A stretch of DNA of 64,000 nucleotides from positions 6,265,241-6,329,240 of the forward strand of contig OZ316899.1 of assembly GCA_973895155.1 (NCBI GenBank). Reading direction: 5' to 3'. The stretch's first letter is position 1. Each line of letters begins with the position of its first letter. The notes beneath the pieces were generated by a model. It worked only from the letters and a program-made list of their open reading frames with translations. It was not told the DNA's origin and searched no databases. Origin of the DNA: Marsupella aquatica (Eukaryota; Plantae; Marchantiophyta). Positions 11,838-23,831 of this stretch are shown here, one piece after another. Both the position numbers and the translations under genes were made by a program.

Positions 11838-12430
11838 ATGGAGAAGACAATCTCTTTGTCCGATATAGAAAAGATGGCAAGGGATGGGATGACCGAGAAC
11901 TTTGCACCGAAAGAAGTATGGATAGTAAATTTTGTCGCCCGGAATCCATTTCCAAGGAAATTTTTCTACTCGCGTTGTCCTATTTTCCAATGCGGTCTCT
12001 CCATGGAATTTTGTCGGAAGTTCAACCATTCTATGACTGCGGAACCTGCATATCGATTCCATCTTTTAATTCAAGATTCACTCCATGGAGGTAGAGCACC
12101 TTGTTGGGTTGCTCTGCGAAGGATTTTTCATCTTGTGATGAGTTGGACCAGATAGTTTATGTCCAGCAACTGACGACTGCCTGCCCAAAGATTCTCGTCA
12201 GTTTGGCCGCAAAAGACCATGAATTGAAGATCCAACACCTGCGTTTTTGCAATGGCCGTCCAAAAGTAGTTGTTCCGAGAGGTATTCAATCCCTCATGTC
12301 GACCGAGCAGACACAGAGTACACTGAAGAAATTGGTGAAAGCAGCTTCTTCATCAGGGAGTGCTAAGAAATTGTTGGCAGGTCTTACTGACCTTATAAAT
12401 CAATTCGAGGAAGCAGATTTAGATTCGTAA
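11838..12430 (+). pseudogene. RPA1 C-terminal-like zinc/OB-fold ssDNA-binding protein (frameshift or deletion near 12090)
   Basis: FFYSRCPIFQC...C...H...PAYRFHLLIQD, then LLGCSAKDF in the next frame, resembles RPA70-C Y.ACP..C...C....PRY.L...I.D...E.LLG.SA.E. Confidence 0.6.
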
Positions 12431-12624
12431 GGATTTCTAGATTCAATGGGCCCATTTCAATGTTTTGAGTGGTCTATTTGGTGGTTGATTTAGATTTGCT
12501 GCCACAATGTACTTACAAACAAGAATATAAGCACCCACTTTTGGGAGTTTTGGAAATTGTCCATCTCATTTAATCCGAATACAAGTGCAAATATAACCTC
12601 AAATTCAATTTTGGCTATTCCAAT

Positions 12625-12688
12625 CTCATTTGGACGAGAGTCATTTGGATGAGAGTCATTTGGACGAGAGTCATTTGGACGAGAGTCC
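12625..12688. repeat. 15-bp minisatellite (tcatttggacgagag) x4
   Basis: Read directly from the sequence. Confidence 0.9.
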
Positions 12689-12826
12689 TTTAAGAATCTG
12701 ACAGACTGCAAATGATGCAAATATTGTTGACATATCATTAGCCCACCCGTTACAAATATTCAGAGGCATTCTTGTACTCGAGCAGTATAAATATGAATAC
12801 TTTCTCTAAAGGTGACAAACCCTAAA

Positions 12827-13564
12827 CTAAACCCAGTAACAAATCTGAATAGTCTGACAAAGATCATCATTATCAAGCCCGTAGCCACAATCAGGATTGT
12901 TGTTAACCCAACCCGATGGATCGTCAGCCCAAACCAACCTGTTCTCCACCCATGCCTCTACCCTTCCGTGGACATCACGATCAAAGAAATTATCATGCAG
13001 ATCCCTCTCGTAACACTCCGTCCTCCTGTTGTAATGTGCAACCCAAGCCTTCAGTGGTGAAATGGGCCTCATGGAGAGGGCATCAATAGGAGGAATTTGA
13101 CGCAAGAGCACACGGAACGTGCACGCGGTTGAATGACGAGTCCACTGTCTATTTTCCGGGATATTTTGAACGATCTCCCTCAACACTTTCAAAGCTGCCC
13201 ATACCTTCAAGTGAGTGATTAGGAATCTCCATTTCCTACAGACTCTCGACAAGACACAGATGTGGTTGATGGTCCGAAAGGTAGCATCATCATCAGTACC
13301 ATGTGCATTTGCAGATTCAAATCCATTTTGAAGTAAAGGCCAAATGTGTCGCTTTGTCAGATCATCCGGGAGGCTAGAAATGAGACTCTGGTTTCTTGCC
13401 TGCCGATTATGCAATGGATATCACATAGGCTCAACCTGCCAGATTGACATTCGATCGACAATAGCTTTTGATTTGAGCTCCTCAATTTCAATCCTGAAAT
13501 TCTCGAGCCGCTCAGCGCACTTCTGATAATAAAATTCCTTGACATCCGGATTCCATCCTGCCAT
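12827..13564 (-). pseudogene. Coiled-coil + atypical F-box protein, copy 2 (one in-frame TGA at 13421)
   Basis: MAGWNPDV...IEELKSK...* then LISSLPDDLTKRHIWPLL...LSRVCRKWRFL in the same frame. Confidence 0.65.
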
Positions 13565-14086
13565 GTTCGACTCGACAATAGTAGAGGACCTGAAGCTGAA
13601 ACAAAGTGAACAATTGGGATTGCCAGGGAAGATGTTTGGCACACAAAAACAAGAGGACAAACCCTTCTCTCTCAAGTGAACTCTGAACTGGTGGAGAGAC
13701 CTGTATGTTCGTAAACCCTGGACGTCATTTTCCCTAAGACTTATGCTTTTATTGCTTGAGGACTCTTGTTGAACTCGAGAGTTATTGAGGTTATAGAATT
13801 GGTCAAATCCAGAGTTTTCGGCGAGACCGCTGATAAGAGAATGTGCAAGTTGTGAGTTATGAAAGTTTTCGGCAAGGTTTGGCGAGACCGCTGAAAGTAG
13901 AATGTGCAAGGTGTGAGTTCTCAAAGATGTCGGCAAGGTTCGCTGAGCTCAGGTCGACTGCCTTGATTAGAAGGAGTTTATTGAAAAACAAATCCCATCA
14001 ATATTACAGATATATCGGAGCAATGAAATCACAATTCCGCGAACAATCTTCTTCTAAGACAATTATCGATTCCGAATAGGTTCAAG

Positions 14087-14796
14087 TCAAATATCACCAG
14101 AATGAATCCCATAGGCACTATCAGGACTATTGGGCTTCATATCTGCGAGATCGTCACACCATAACATTGGGGTTAACCTATTCTCGACCCATCCCTGGAT
14201 TCTCTCGACTACATCCCCATCAAAGAAAGTATCATAAAGATCCCTCTCGTATATTTCGGTCCTCCACACATAAAATGCCACCCAAGACTTCAGTGACAAA
14301 ATGGGCATCATGGAGAGGGCATCAATAGGAGGAATTTGACGCAAGAGCACACGAAACGTACACGCGGTTGAATGACGAGTCCAATGTCTATTTTCTGGGA
14401 TATTTTGAACGATCTCCCTCAACACTTTCAAAGATGCCCATACCTTCGAGTGAGTGATTAGGAATCTCCATTTCCTACTAACTCTCGATAAGACGCAGAT
14501 GTTGTTGATGGTTCGGAAGGTAGCATCATCATCAATGCCATTTGAATTTGTAGATTCAAATCCATTTTGAAGTAAAGGCCAAATGTGTCGCTCTGTCAGA
14601 TCATTCGGGAGACCATAGATGAGACTCGGGTTTGTTGCTTCTTCACTTTCTCCTGATTCCGCATATTTTCCCATATTAAAAATCTATCAAAACTCGCTTT
14701 GGATTTCAGCTCCTCAATGTCAGCCCTAAATCTGTCAAGCCGGTGAGTGCACTTCTGATGATAATCCCCCCGCAACGTTGTATCCCTTCCTTCCAT
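14087..14796 (-). pseudogene. Coiled-coil + atypical F-box protein, copy 3 (tandem paralog of 12827-13564; one frameshift)
   Basis: MEGRDTT...IEELKSK, then LIYGLPNDLTERHIWPLL...LSRVSRKWRFL. Nearly identical to copy 2 over the core. Confidence 0.65.
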
Positions 14797-15501
14797 GTTG
14801 TAGTATTGAATAGGAGAGATAGAGAGGAAAGATTTAGCTTCCGATGAAACAGTGACGGAGTGAAGAGTACAAAACAACCTATTGAAACCCTTTTTGCAAA
14901 CCAAAAAAAGAGTTGGACTCGCTCAACCGAGTGACCGTGACCGTCAACTGGGCTCTGAAGACTGGGATTGCTTTTAAATAGTGGAGTTCAAAGATTAGGG
15001 TTTGACCTCTAGCCTTTATGGTTTTATTCTGTCGGCAAGATTAGGCGAGGTTCACCGAGGTTCGGCTAGTTTTGGTGACATTCGCCGACGATGACCTACT
15101 GCTCGGCGAGGTTTGCCGAGGGCTCAAGAGGGGAGTTACTTTGTCATATACTTCTCAGCGAGGACGCTGAGCAGGGAATATAAACCCTAAACTGATACGG
15201 GTCATTGATATGAGTGATTGATATGGCACTCCAGTGGTCAGCGAGGCCGCTGAATGAATGTACACTTTCGGCGAGGTCGCTGAGACGAACAGATATCAGT
15301 GGCTGATTACTGATAGGGTTAACAACCTCCGAGGCCGGGGTAGCACCCCCTGGCGTGGGGGCAGGAGCAACAACACCTTTCGAGGAAGGGGCAGGGGATG
15401 ACCCAATTACAACAGCAGAGACTCCAGAAACTATGGAAGGAGAGACTACAATAACCAGCAACGCGGGCGGAATAGAGATAGAGACAACTCAATGACTTAC
15501 A

Positions 15502-18500
15502 ATGACAGATCTGAAAACCCCCCTGACATGTAACCGCTGTGGTACCAAAGGCCATGTCAAGAGAGTATGCAAAGCCCCAACTCATCTAGTTACATTATAT
15601 AAGAACAGCCTGGACAAACCTGAGGCCCATGGTACCTTCATGGATTCCATGGAGATACTCCCGAAGATACACCTGGTAACAGGCTCCTCCACACAGACTA
15701 ACCTGGATGATGATAGCTCATGCGTGGTCGACAGCGGGACCTCCCACTCAATCCTGCGCAGAAAAGAATACTTCAAACAAATCACCCCCTCACATCGGAA
15801 TGTCACAACAATAACAGGACAGCAGCAGATCGAAGAGGGGTATGGCCCAGCCACGATTATTCTACCAAATGGAACAACAATAAACATCAAAGCGACCATA
15901 TACGCTCCAAGAGCCACAAGAAACCTTCTGAGCTTCAGAGATATCCGGGACAATGGCCTGCATGCTCATACGGACACAACAAATGCACAAGAAGTACTGC
16001 ACATCATAGGCTATACCCCTAGAGGTACAGAGATTAAGGAGACTCTAACAGCATATCCAGTTGGCTTCTACATTACCAAAATACACAGCTTCCACATGGA
16101 AGCACAGGCCTACATCATTACGGAAACCTGGCACAGAAGACTGGGCCACCCAGGTACAACAATGTTCCAGAAAATCATCAAGGACACTAAAGGCATTCCA
16201 CATACAGTCCACCCTACTGCCATGAAGGGATCATGTTTGCCATGCTCACAAGGCAAATTTATAACCAGACCTTCACCACCGACAACAGAAAACAGAATCC
16301 CAAATTTCCTCGAGAGGGTCCACGCGGATGTGTGCGGACCAATTGACCCACCCAGCCGACCTTTCCGATTTTTCCTGGCCATAATTGATGCCTCCTCCAA
16401 GTGGTCACAGGTCTCCCTACTCTCTACACGCAACCTGGTTTTCGCCCGGATACTGGCTCACATCCTAAAGCTGAAGGCCCAATTTCCGGACCACCCTATC
16501 AAAATACTTCGGGTGGACAACGTCGGCAAATTTACCTCCAGAACATTTGACGACTTCTGTACGTCTGCCGGCATTGACACGCAGTACCCCGTCCCCTATG
16601 TTCACTTTCAAAATGGGATAGCAGAGTCCCTAATCAAGCGACTACAAATGATCGCCCGCCCTATGCTCATGCAATCAAATTTACCTCCCTCCGCCTGGGG
16701 ACACGCTATCCTACATGCAGCAGCGACACTCCAGTATTGGCCATCGGCATTCAACACGAGCACGCCTCACCATTTAGCATATGGAACTATTCCCGACATC
16801 TCACACCTGCGAACCTTTGGTTGTCAAGTGCTAGTGCCTATCATGGGTCCTAAGCGGACCAAACTTGGCCCCCAACGGCAGAAAGGAATATACATAGGCT
16901 TTGACTCGACATCAATCATACGGTATCTCAAACCCACAACAACAGACGTATTCAAAGCAAGATTTGCAGACTGCCACTTCTTCGAAAATGTTTTCCCTAC
17001 ACTGAGCGTTCAGACAGGACTAAATCAAAAGGCACTAACAGAAGTGCAATGGCAAATACAGTCCAACTTCTGGAACGACCCGAGAACGGCACAAACAGAT
17101 ACAGAAGTACAAAGGACTCTCCACCTGCTGCGGATGATGGAACAACTCCCAGACTCTTTTGCAGATGCAGCGAAGGTTACAAGGTCCCACATACCTGCTG
17201 CAAATACACCCTCAAGAATTGAGAGAACAACAAAGCAGGCAACAGAATCGGCCCCAAGAGCAAAGCGTGGTCGACCACCAGGATCGATTGATAAACAACC
17301 ACGCCAACGAAGGCCAGTCAACAATATTCAACAAACTCCCACCAATTCGGTAATTAACCCTTCACAAACTGTAAGGCTTAATGATAATGAAGAGACGGCC
17401 ATACACTATAATATAAGTGGGAAGATCTGGGATAGAACACAGATAAAACCAGACAAAATTTTTGCTTTTCAAATCTCACAAGAAATGCTTAATGAGACCC
17501 CTGATCCCCGAACAATAAAGGAAGCACATAGTCAACCAGATTGGCCTAAGTGGGAGGCGGCCATACACTCAGAACTTGATTCATTAATTTTGCGCCAAGT
17601 TTTTGGCCCCATTACACCAGTTACACAAGATATCCACCTGACAGGCTACAAGTGGACATTCACTAAAAAGAGAAATGCTATGGGAGAAGTCGTCAGATAT
17701 AAGGCACGGTTGGTTGCTAGAGGATTTACTCAGATACCAGGGAGAGATTATGATTTAACTTATTCCCCAGTAATGGATATAATTACTTACAGATACCTCA
17801 TAGCCTTCGCTTTGAGGCATGAACTATCCATGCATCAACTGGACATAGTGACTGCCTATCTCTATGGAAAACTGGACAAGTCTATCCACATGGAAGCCCC
17901 CACGAATTAATACAAAAGGTCCAATACCACTGTAAGGGGGAGCAGTCCAAAACAAGACCACATAAGCCACCGGAAGGAGGTTTCGGGCATACAGACCAGG
18001 ATACACTCCGGTCCACATCACAAGCCATTATAATGAAAACCACTTCCAGGATAGAACCAGATAAGAGGGCTCCATTAGCCAAAACCCAGTTCTCTGTCCA
18101 GGTGCTCCGCTCCATGTATGGTCTTAAACAAAGCGGCAGGACCTGGTACAAACGCTTTCAAACAGAAATGTTAGCAATGGGTTTTAAGAATTCAGACATC
18201 ACCCCATGCCTCTTTATGAAAAGAGAAAGCCATGAATTGATTATTGTGTCCATCTACGTAGATGACCTTAATCTGTTTGGCACCAGCAAAATAACACTTG
18301 AAACAATTAAACTGCTCAAACGTGTATTCAAAATCATGAGAGATTTGGGGCAGACTACTTTCTGTCTCGGACTGCAGTTTGTTATTTACCTGATGGCATT
18401 CTCTTACATCAAACAACATACACGAAAAGAATATTGAAACAATTTAACATGGATAAGGCCAAAGCAGTAACCTCTCCAATGGACCTGCGATCACTGGATC

Positions 18501-19264
18501 AGCAGAAAGACATTTTTCGTAAGAGAGAGAAGAACGAGCCACTTCTTAGCTCTGAGAAGCCCTACCTATCTGCGATAGGGGCCCTCATGTTCTTGGCTAA
18601 TCAGACTCGCCCGAACATAGCGTTTGCAGTGAGCCTTCTAGCTCGACACAGCTCACAACCAACCATCAGGCATTGGAATGGTCTGAAAAGAATTTTCCGT
18701 TACCTAATTGGTACGGTGGACATGGGCCTGCATTTCCTTACACAAACAGATGGCATACTAACCGGCTATGCAGATGCCGGTTACCTCTCTGACCCTGCAG
18801 ATGCTAAATCACAAATAGGATATATTTTTATGATTGGCTCAAAAGCGATGTCTTGGAAAAGCACCAAGCAAACTCTTACCACCACATCATCAAATCATTC
18901 TGAAATTATTGCTCTATACGAAGCCAGCTGTGAGTGCATCTGGCTCTGAAACGTGATTAGTCACATCTCAGAGCATACAGGTATGCCAAAACTCACATCT
19001 CCAACAATTATTTTTGAGGACAATCGCCCCTGCGTCGAACAAATCACCACTGGATTTATTAAAGGAGACAAAACCAAGCATATCGCCCCCAAATTTTTCT
19101 TTACTCACAAACAATTGGAAGATACAATTACTGTGCAGTGGATTCCTAGCCAACAAAACTGTGCCGACCTACTGACCAAAGCATTGCCCCCATCTATCCA
19201 TAGTGAACTAACAAAGTCCACAGGCATGCAGAGATTATCTTCCTTTATACAGAGTTCACTCTAA
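15502..19264 (+). pseudogene. Copia gag-pol polyprotein (frameshifts near 17905 and 18400, stop at 18947)
   Basis: ORFs 15502-17910, 18033-18437, 18434-18949 and 18953-19264 follow the PR-IN-RT-RH order. Confidence 0.92.
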
Positions 19265-20108
19265 CGTGAAGCGGAACAAGTAAACGACATGCCCAGGGGG
19301 AGATTGATACTACTGTACCTGGGAGAACAAGCTATTAGCATCATGGAGAGGCTACCCATTGTCAAATCAACTATTTTTGCAGCCAATGACAAATCGTAGT
19401 GAATCTACAAAGCTGTTTTGCACCCAATTGCAACAAGCAAAACCAGTGAGAGACTAACTTGATCAAGACAACCACGAGCGCAAGCCAACGATGGCGTCGA
19501 GGGACAATGACTTCACCTCATTCCTCAGAACTTCAAGCTCAACTACACGGATCAGTTCCGGAGCACATCACAACAACAAAACGTCAACACGATCAGCTGC
19601 AGACACAGAGTCACCGGTTCATACAAACATCCATAGGAGCGCAAATGGAAATCTTACTAGACCCGAGCACATGGTTACACAACAATCCCACACCCATCGA
19701 TCTTAGACGCAGATCTTCTTCCCGACATTCGCTCCTCTACTCCGTCTTTCCCTAAACAATGAACCTCACAAACTTCCTTTTCCCTCGCAACGACTACTGC
19801 TCATTCTTCTTCAACACTTCCTTCATCGAATGCGGCTAACCTTACGAACGACCTCGTCCAACTGAGTAGTTTAGGTCACACTAGTTGACACTACTTACAC
19901 TTAACATTACATTACATTTTGAATAAGGCGGGATGGTAACACTCTTTCCTCCCAAAAGAAAGTAGGGGAGGTTTTAATGAGGTTACATCCCCCCCATTTC
20001 TTCTCATTTCCAATAGGCCATATCTTAGAAACACAACACTTTCACTTCATATATGGTAGACTTGTTGGTTGCACCATAACATGTTTCCATGGTGCACCCA
20101 AGGGGGAG

Positions 20109-20259
20109 TGTTATAACCCAAGGTTAAGTCTACCATTAACCAAGGTTAAACCTCCACCTCTAGGCAGTTACACTAACATCCTTAGTAACTACCTCTTGTA
20201 TAAAGTCTTTCCCTATGAATGAGAAGATTGGTCATTTTCCATGTTGTGGTGTTTCAACA
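20109..20259 (+). repeat. 3' LTR (151 bp) of Bianca element 1
   Basis: TGTTATAACC...TTTCAACA directly follows the PPT and is followed by interrupted transposase sequence. Confidence 0.85.
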
Positions 20260-21073
20260 ACTTGCTTATTGTCCCAATGTTGACTCTGAATCTCATTTTG
20301 AGGCAAAAAAGTGTAATTTTCTGAAAAATCTATTGAAGAAACAATTGTCCCTCTTGGAAATGTTTTGAGACATTGTCTAAATTGTTGCAACTACCAATGT
20401 GCTCGAAAGTTATGCACAATAAATATTTTCATGGTATCCAACACCGCCCTCTTAAAATCTACCATGGGAGTTTTCTTATAAACCATCCTCAATCGCCTAG
20501 CCTTCTTTGTTGTGCTCTCTTCAGACCCTTTCTTTTTCTCTCTTTTGTTGGGCAGTGTCATCCAGGTCATGATATTCAAACGACTGCCAATCGATCATTT
20601 GTTTCTGTGCAGGGTCCAACTCCTGAGTGCACCAATCCAACTTCTCTACTCCACATTTGTCACATTCACCTATAATACAGGCTTTTTGGTGCCACTCGTT
20701 CTCAGGCAATCTAGGTGTGACGCCGCCGGTACGGTGAGTAATGAGTAATTCAGTCTAAACCGTGCTTAGCACGCGCGTTAGGGGTATCTTAGGCCGCTAT
20801 GATTAGCATAACGACAGTAATTAGGTAGCCATTATGAGTAGGAAATCATTAGTCAATAAGGGGAATTCATGTTCGGGCTGGCGGTGCGTCGCCATTCGCA
20901 CGCTCGGGTTACAAGCGTGGAGGGGCCCTCCCTCGGGTCCGTATAACGAACTTCGAGAGGCATCCACTGACACGCGGTGACTCAGACCGGCGGAGTGGCC
21001 GGTACACTACAAGCGTGAACGGCTCAGCCTATAGGCAACAAGGAGATGTCGGGGGATCGACAAGCCCTCAAGG

Positions 21074-21081
21074 TATAAAAA
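21074..21081 (+). promoter_or_regulatory. TATA box in the solo-LTR-like element
   Basis: TATAAAAA followed by a CT-rich leader, about 100-170 bp upstream of the long ORF. Confidence 0.5.
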
Positions 21082-21249
21082 GGGAGCCGACCCTTTGTAG
21101 TGCACCAGTCCATCAGTCCACGCGCCAGCTTCAACCCCAGCTCTCTCGTTCTCTCTTAGTCGCCACTACTATCTCCTCTGAATGTCGCACACGATCCTCT
21201 CCAGTTCGGCCATTCGTTCTGGACGCAGTTCCTATCTACCGGAAGACAC

Positions 21250-23831
21250 TTGGCCGACTCATTGAAACACGCCAACCCGCGCCGATACGAAATCGAACGC
21301 GAGTACAAGAGAGCCATCCGCCTAGCAGGACGACACCACTACATCCTTAACTTTGACTACCCGTCTCAGAGCGAGCTTTACCGACCAGCAGAGGTATCTG
21401 GGTACTTCTTCAACGGAGACAAATACATCGGTTTCTGGGAAGCATTGCTTCGGCTTCCGGACGAGGTCTTCAATATCCCGGGTACGATCGACTTGCAACG
21501 ACATCACTTTGACCACATCCCTGCTCAGGTTTGGGCTATCATCAACAGTGAGTCTAGCACTACACGTTCGACAAGGTCGTCCGCACTTGCTTCAGAGAAC
21601 TTCTACCAGCACCTGTAGAGCTTCATGGGAACTAGACCCGCAACCACCGGCACCAGCCTAGTGGACCCCATACCCGTACCCACACCAACGCAGACTCAGG
21701 CTCAGGCTCAGCTTCAGCCTCAGTCTTAGCCTCAGCCTAGCCAACCCCCACCACCGATCGCCCCGCCAGCAGTACAAGTACGCTCCGTCATCAACGTTGT
21801 GGACCTTAGCGACGACGACAAGGCTACCCCACCCTTGCTCAGGCGGCCCAGAGGAGCAAACACTCAGGGGTCCGACACTACATCGTCCCCTCCCCATACT
21901 TGGACCCAAGGAGCGGCTCCAGCAGACAACACGGTGACCGTGGCCGCCCCGGGACCAATACTAACGGCGGTAGCACTACCTATCCCTGATCGAGAGGATG
22001 GGGAGGTGTCACCTTCCCCGAGCCAGTCACAAGGGAAGAAGAGGAAGGAACCCGCCACTGCATCCGGGTTACCATTGGCCACAGTAGCCGTGGCCAAGGT
22101 GACAATGCACCGCATGGGGGAAAACGTGCATAAGAACATCCTCCATCCCAAGCATGCGGTGTACCTGAAGACTCAGGGATTTGAGCACCTCGCCTCTCTC
22201 CCCTGGAACACTTGCAGGTACTACGAGGAGGACATGACGGAGTTCGTCAAGAATTATGATGACGCACGTCAACATACTCGGCTGCGGGGAAGGAATATGT
22301 CCCTCACGGAAGAACGGCTCAAGATGATCTTCGGATTACCCGAAGGTGACCATCGAGTCGAATCACGGGCTCCCGGGGGCAAGGGAGCCAAGTACCAATC
22401 CTCGAGTTTTCCCTCAGAGGGAGCAGTGGACAACGGGTTCATGCTGAGGACCTGCCTCATCCCCGAGATAGCTGAGCGACTGGAGTTCCAAAGGTACGCC
22501 CTCCACATGATGGAACCTCGGGGGGAGATCTCCGCAGCCCAGGTTATCCAGGTCGAGAACTATCGACCTAGGAAGTGGGCGTCGTACTTCGCTAAGAAAT
22601 TCCATGAAGAGATGGAGCGGCGAAGGAAGATGTTGTACATTGGCGGGAAGGTGTATTTCGCTAGCCACATCGAGATCATTCTTGAGTGGTATGCTCGGTT
22701 TGATCTACGAACCCTTCCTCGTGTCAACGTTACAAAGCTGGTCCCAGCTAGGTGGGTTTTTCCGGCCTTGGAGAGACGGCCCCAACCCAAGGCCCGAAGT
22801 CCAGCGGACACACAAGCTTCACCTACCCTACCTCCACAAGTAGCTGTAGTCGTAACCGAGGAGGTACCGGATGGGTCGGCTATCGCAACCGTAGATGCGA
22901 TCCAACAGGCCGGGCTAAGTATCGAAGTCGGTACAGCGGAGGTCTTACTCGAGCCCGGGTCTCCCAAAGACCCACCGGTGGCTATTCCGGAAAACCGGAC
23001 ATTGCTGCAGGAGGACACTCCAGCCCCTTCCAACATTACGTCCCCAGGGCTGGATGTCACTGCCCCGGCCCCGCGCGTGTTGACGTCTGCCCGTGCCCAA
23101 CTCCGGACAGGCACAACCTGGACCACCCGGAACTCTTCGTACCGGGTACATTTCTGAACGGGCTTCTGGGAGATTTCTCTCATCAAATTGCCCGGGATAC
23201 CGGGGAGTTCATGGCCCGGAAGGTAGCCTGTTTCTTCAATCAGGAGTTAGTTGCCGTAGTAAAGGCAGGTCGGGCCCAGTCAGAGGCCCTTAAGAGGATA
23301 GAACGGTATCGGGTGGAGTCCGTATACTTAAAGAACAAAGTTGCGGCTCAAGAGGCTGAGCTTCTACAACTACGACCCAAAGTTGCAGCCGCCGATGACT
23401 TGTTAGCAAAGGCGCACGCCCTTACCGCCCTAGCCGAGCAGGCCAAAGCTGGGAACGAGGCCGAGATTGCACGACTCCGGAACCAGATTGATAGTTTGAA
23501 GAATCAAACTGTCATCTGGCAGAAGGACCTGGAGGAGGCCGAAGAACGGGCCCAGCGGGACACTGCAGAGATAGCCACGCTATAGGCCAAAGTGGCACGG
23601 CTCCAAGCCAAAGCCGAGAAGCAGGACTAGCTGGCGGGCAAGCTGACGAGCGACGCCCAGCAGCTGGAGGAGGCATGCCAGGAGGCAGCGAAGGAGATAG
23701 ACACGGCGAAGCGAGAGAACGAATCTCTGCTGGACCAAGTCCAGCTCCTCAAGGCAGACAACAACAGACTTCGTAAGCAACGGGATGGCCGCTCCCACTC
23801 GGGCGGCTCTGGCAAGCGTGCCAGGCAGTAG
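21250..23831 (+). pseudogene. Retrotransposon accessory-ORF-like protein (putative plant transposon protein-like domain + C-terminal coiled coil)
   Basis: ORFs 21250-21618 and 21799-23157 share a frame across two TAGs. After one frameshift a coiled coil continues through two more TAGs to 23831. YLKTQGFEHLASLPW...EFVKNY...LRGRNMSLTEERLKMIFGLP resembles Athila/Tat extra-ORF domains. Confidence 0.6.

Larger units (their letters stand above)
1..15318 (-). mobile_element. Large cargo-bearing Mutator-like (MULE) DNA transposon, right part; left end lies outside the window
   Basis: MULE-type transposase at 1-2334. One family of 17-bp palindromes runs through all non-coding gaps from 2743 to 15285, is densest near 15030-15285, and stops at an abrupt junction with copia gag sequence at 15318/15319. 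The left TIR and TSD are not visible. Confidence 0.65.
15319..20259 (+). mobile_element. Ty1/copia LTR retrotransposon, Bianca lineage; 5' part missing here
   Basis: RG-rich gag end, CNRCGTKGHVKRVC knuckle, protease VDSGTSH, integrase WHRRLGH and DVCGPIDPP, RT YKARLVARGF and YVDDL, RNaseH ADAGYLSDP and GFIKGDKTKHIAPKFF. PPT AAGGGGGAG precedes the 3' LTR. Confidence 0.93.

Noticed and set aside
11748-12430. Helitron, suggested by the RPA-like gene
   Set aside because: No Rep/PIF1 helicase ORF and no convincing hairpin-CTRR end were seen.
12490-12738. ORF with NDSRP repeats
   Set aside because: Translation of a 15-bp minisatellite, with no other coding signal.
21864-23186. Long antisense ORFs in the solo-LTR-like unit
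   Set aside because: GC-rich shadows of the plus-strand ORF, which carries the recognisable domain and the upstream TATA box.
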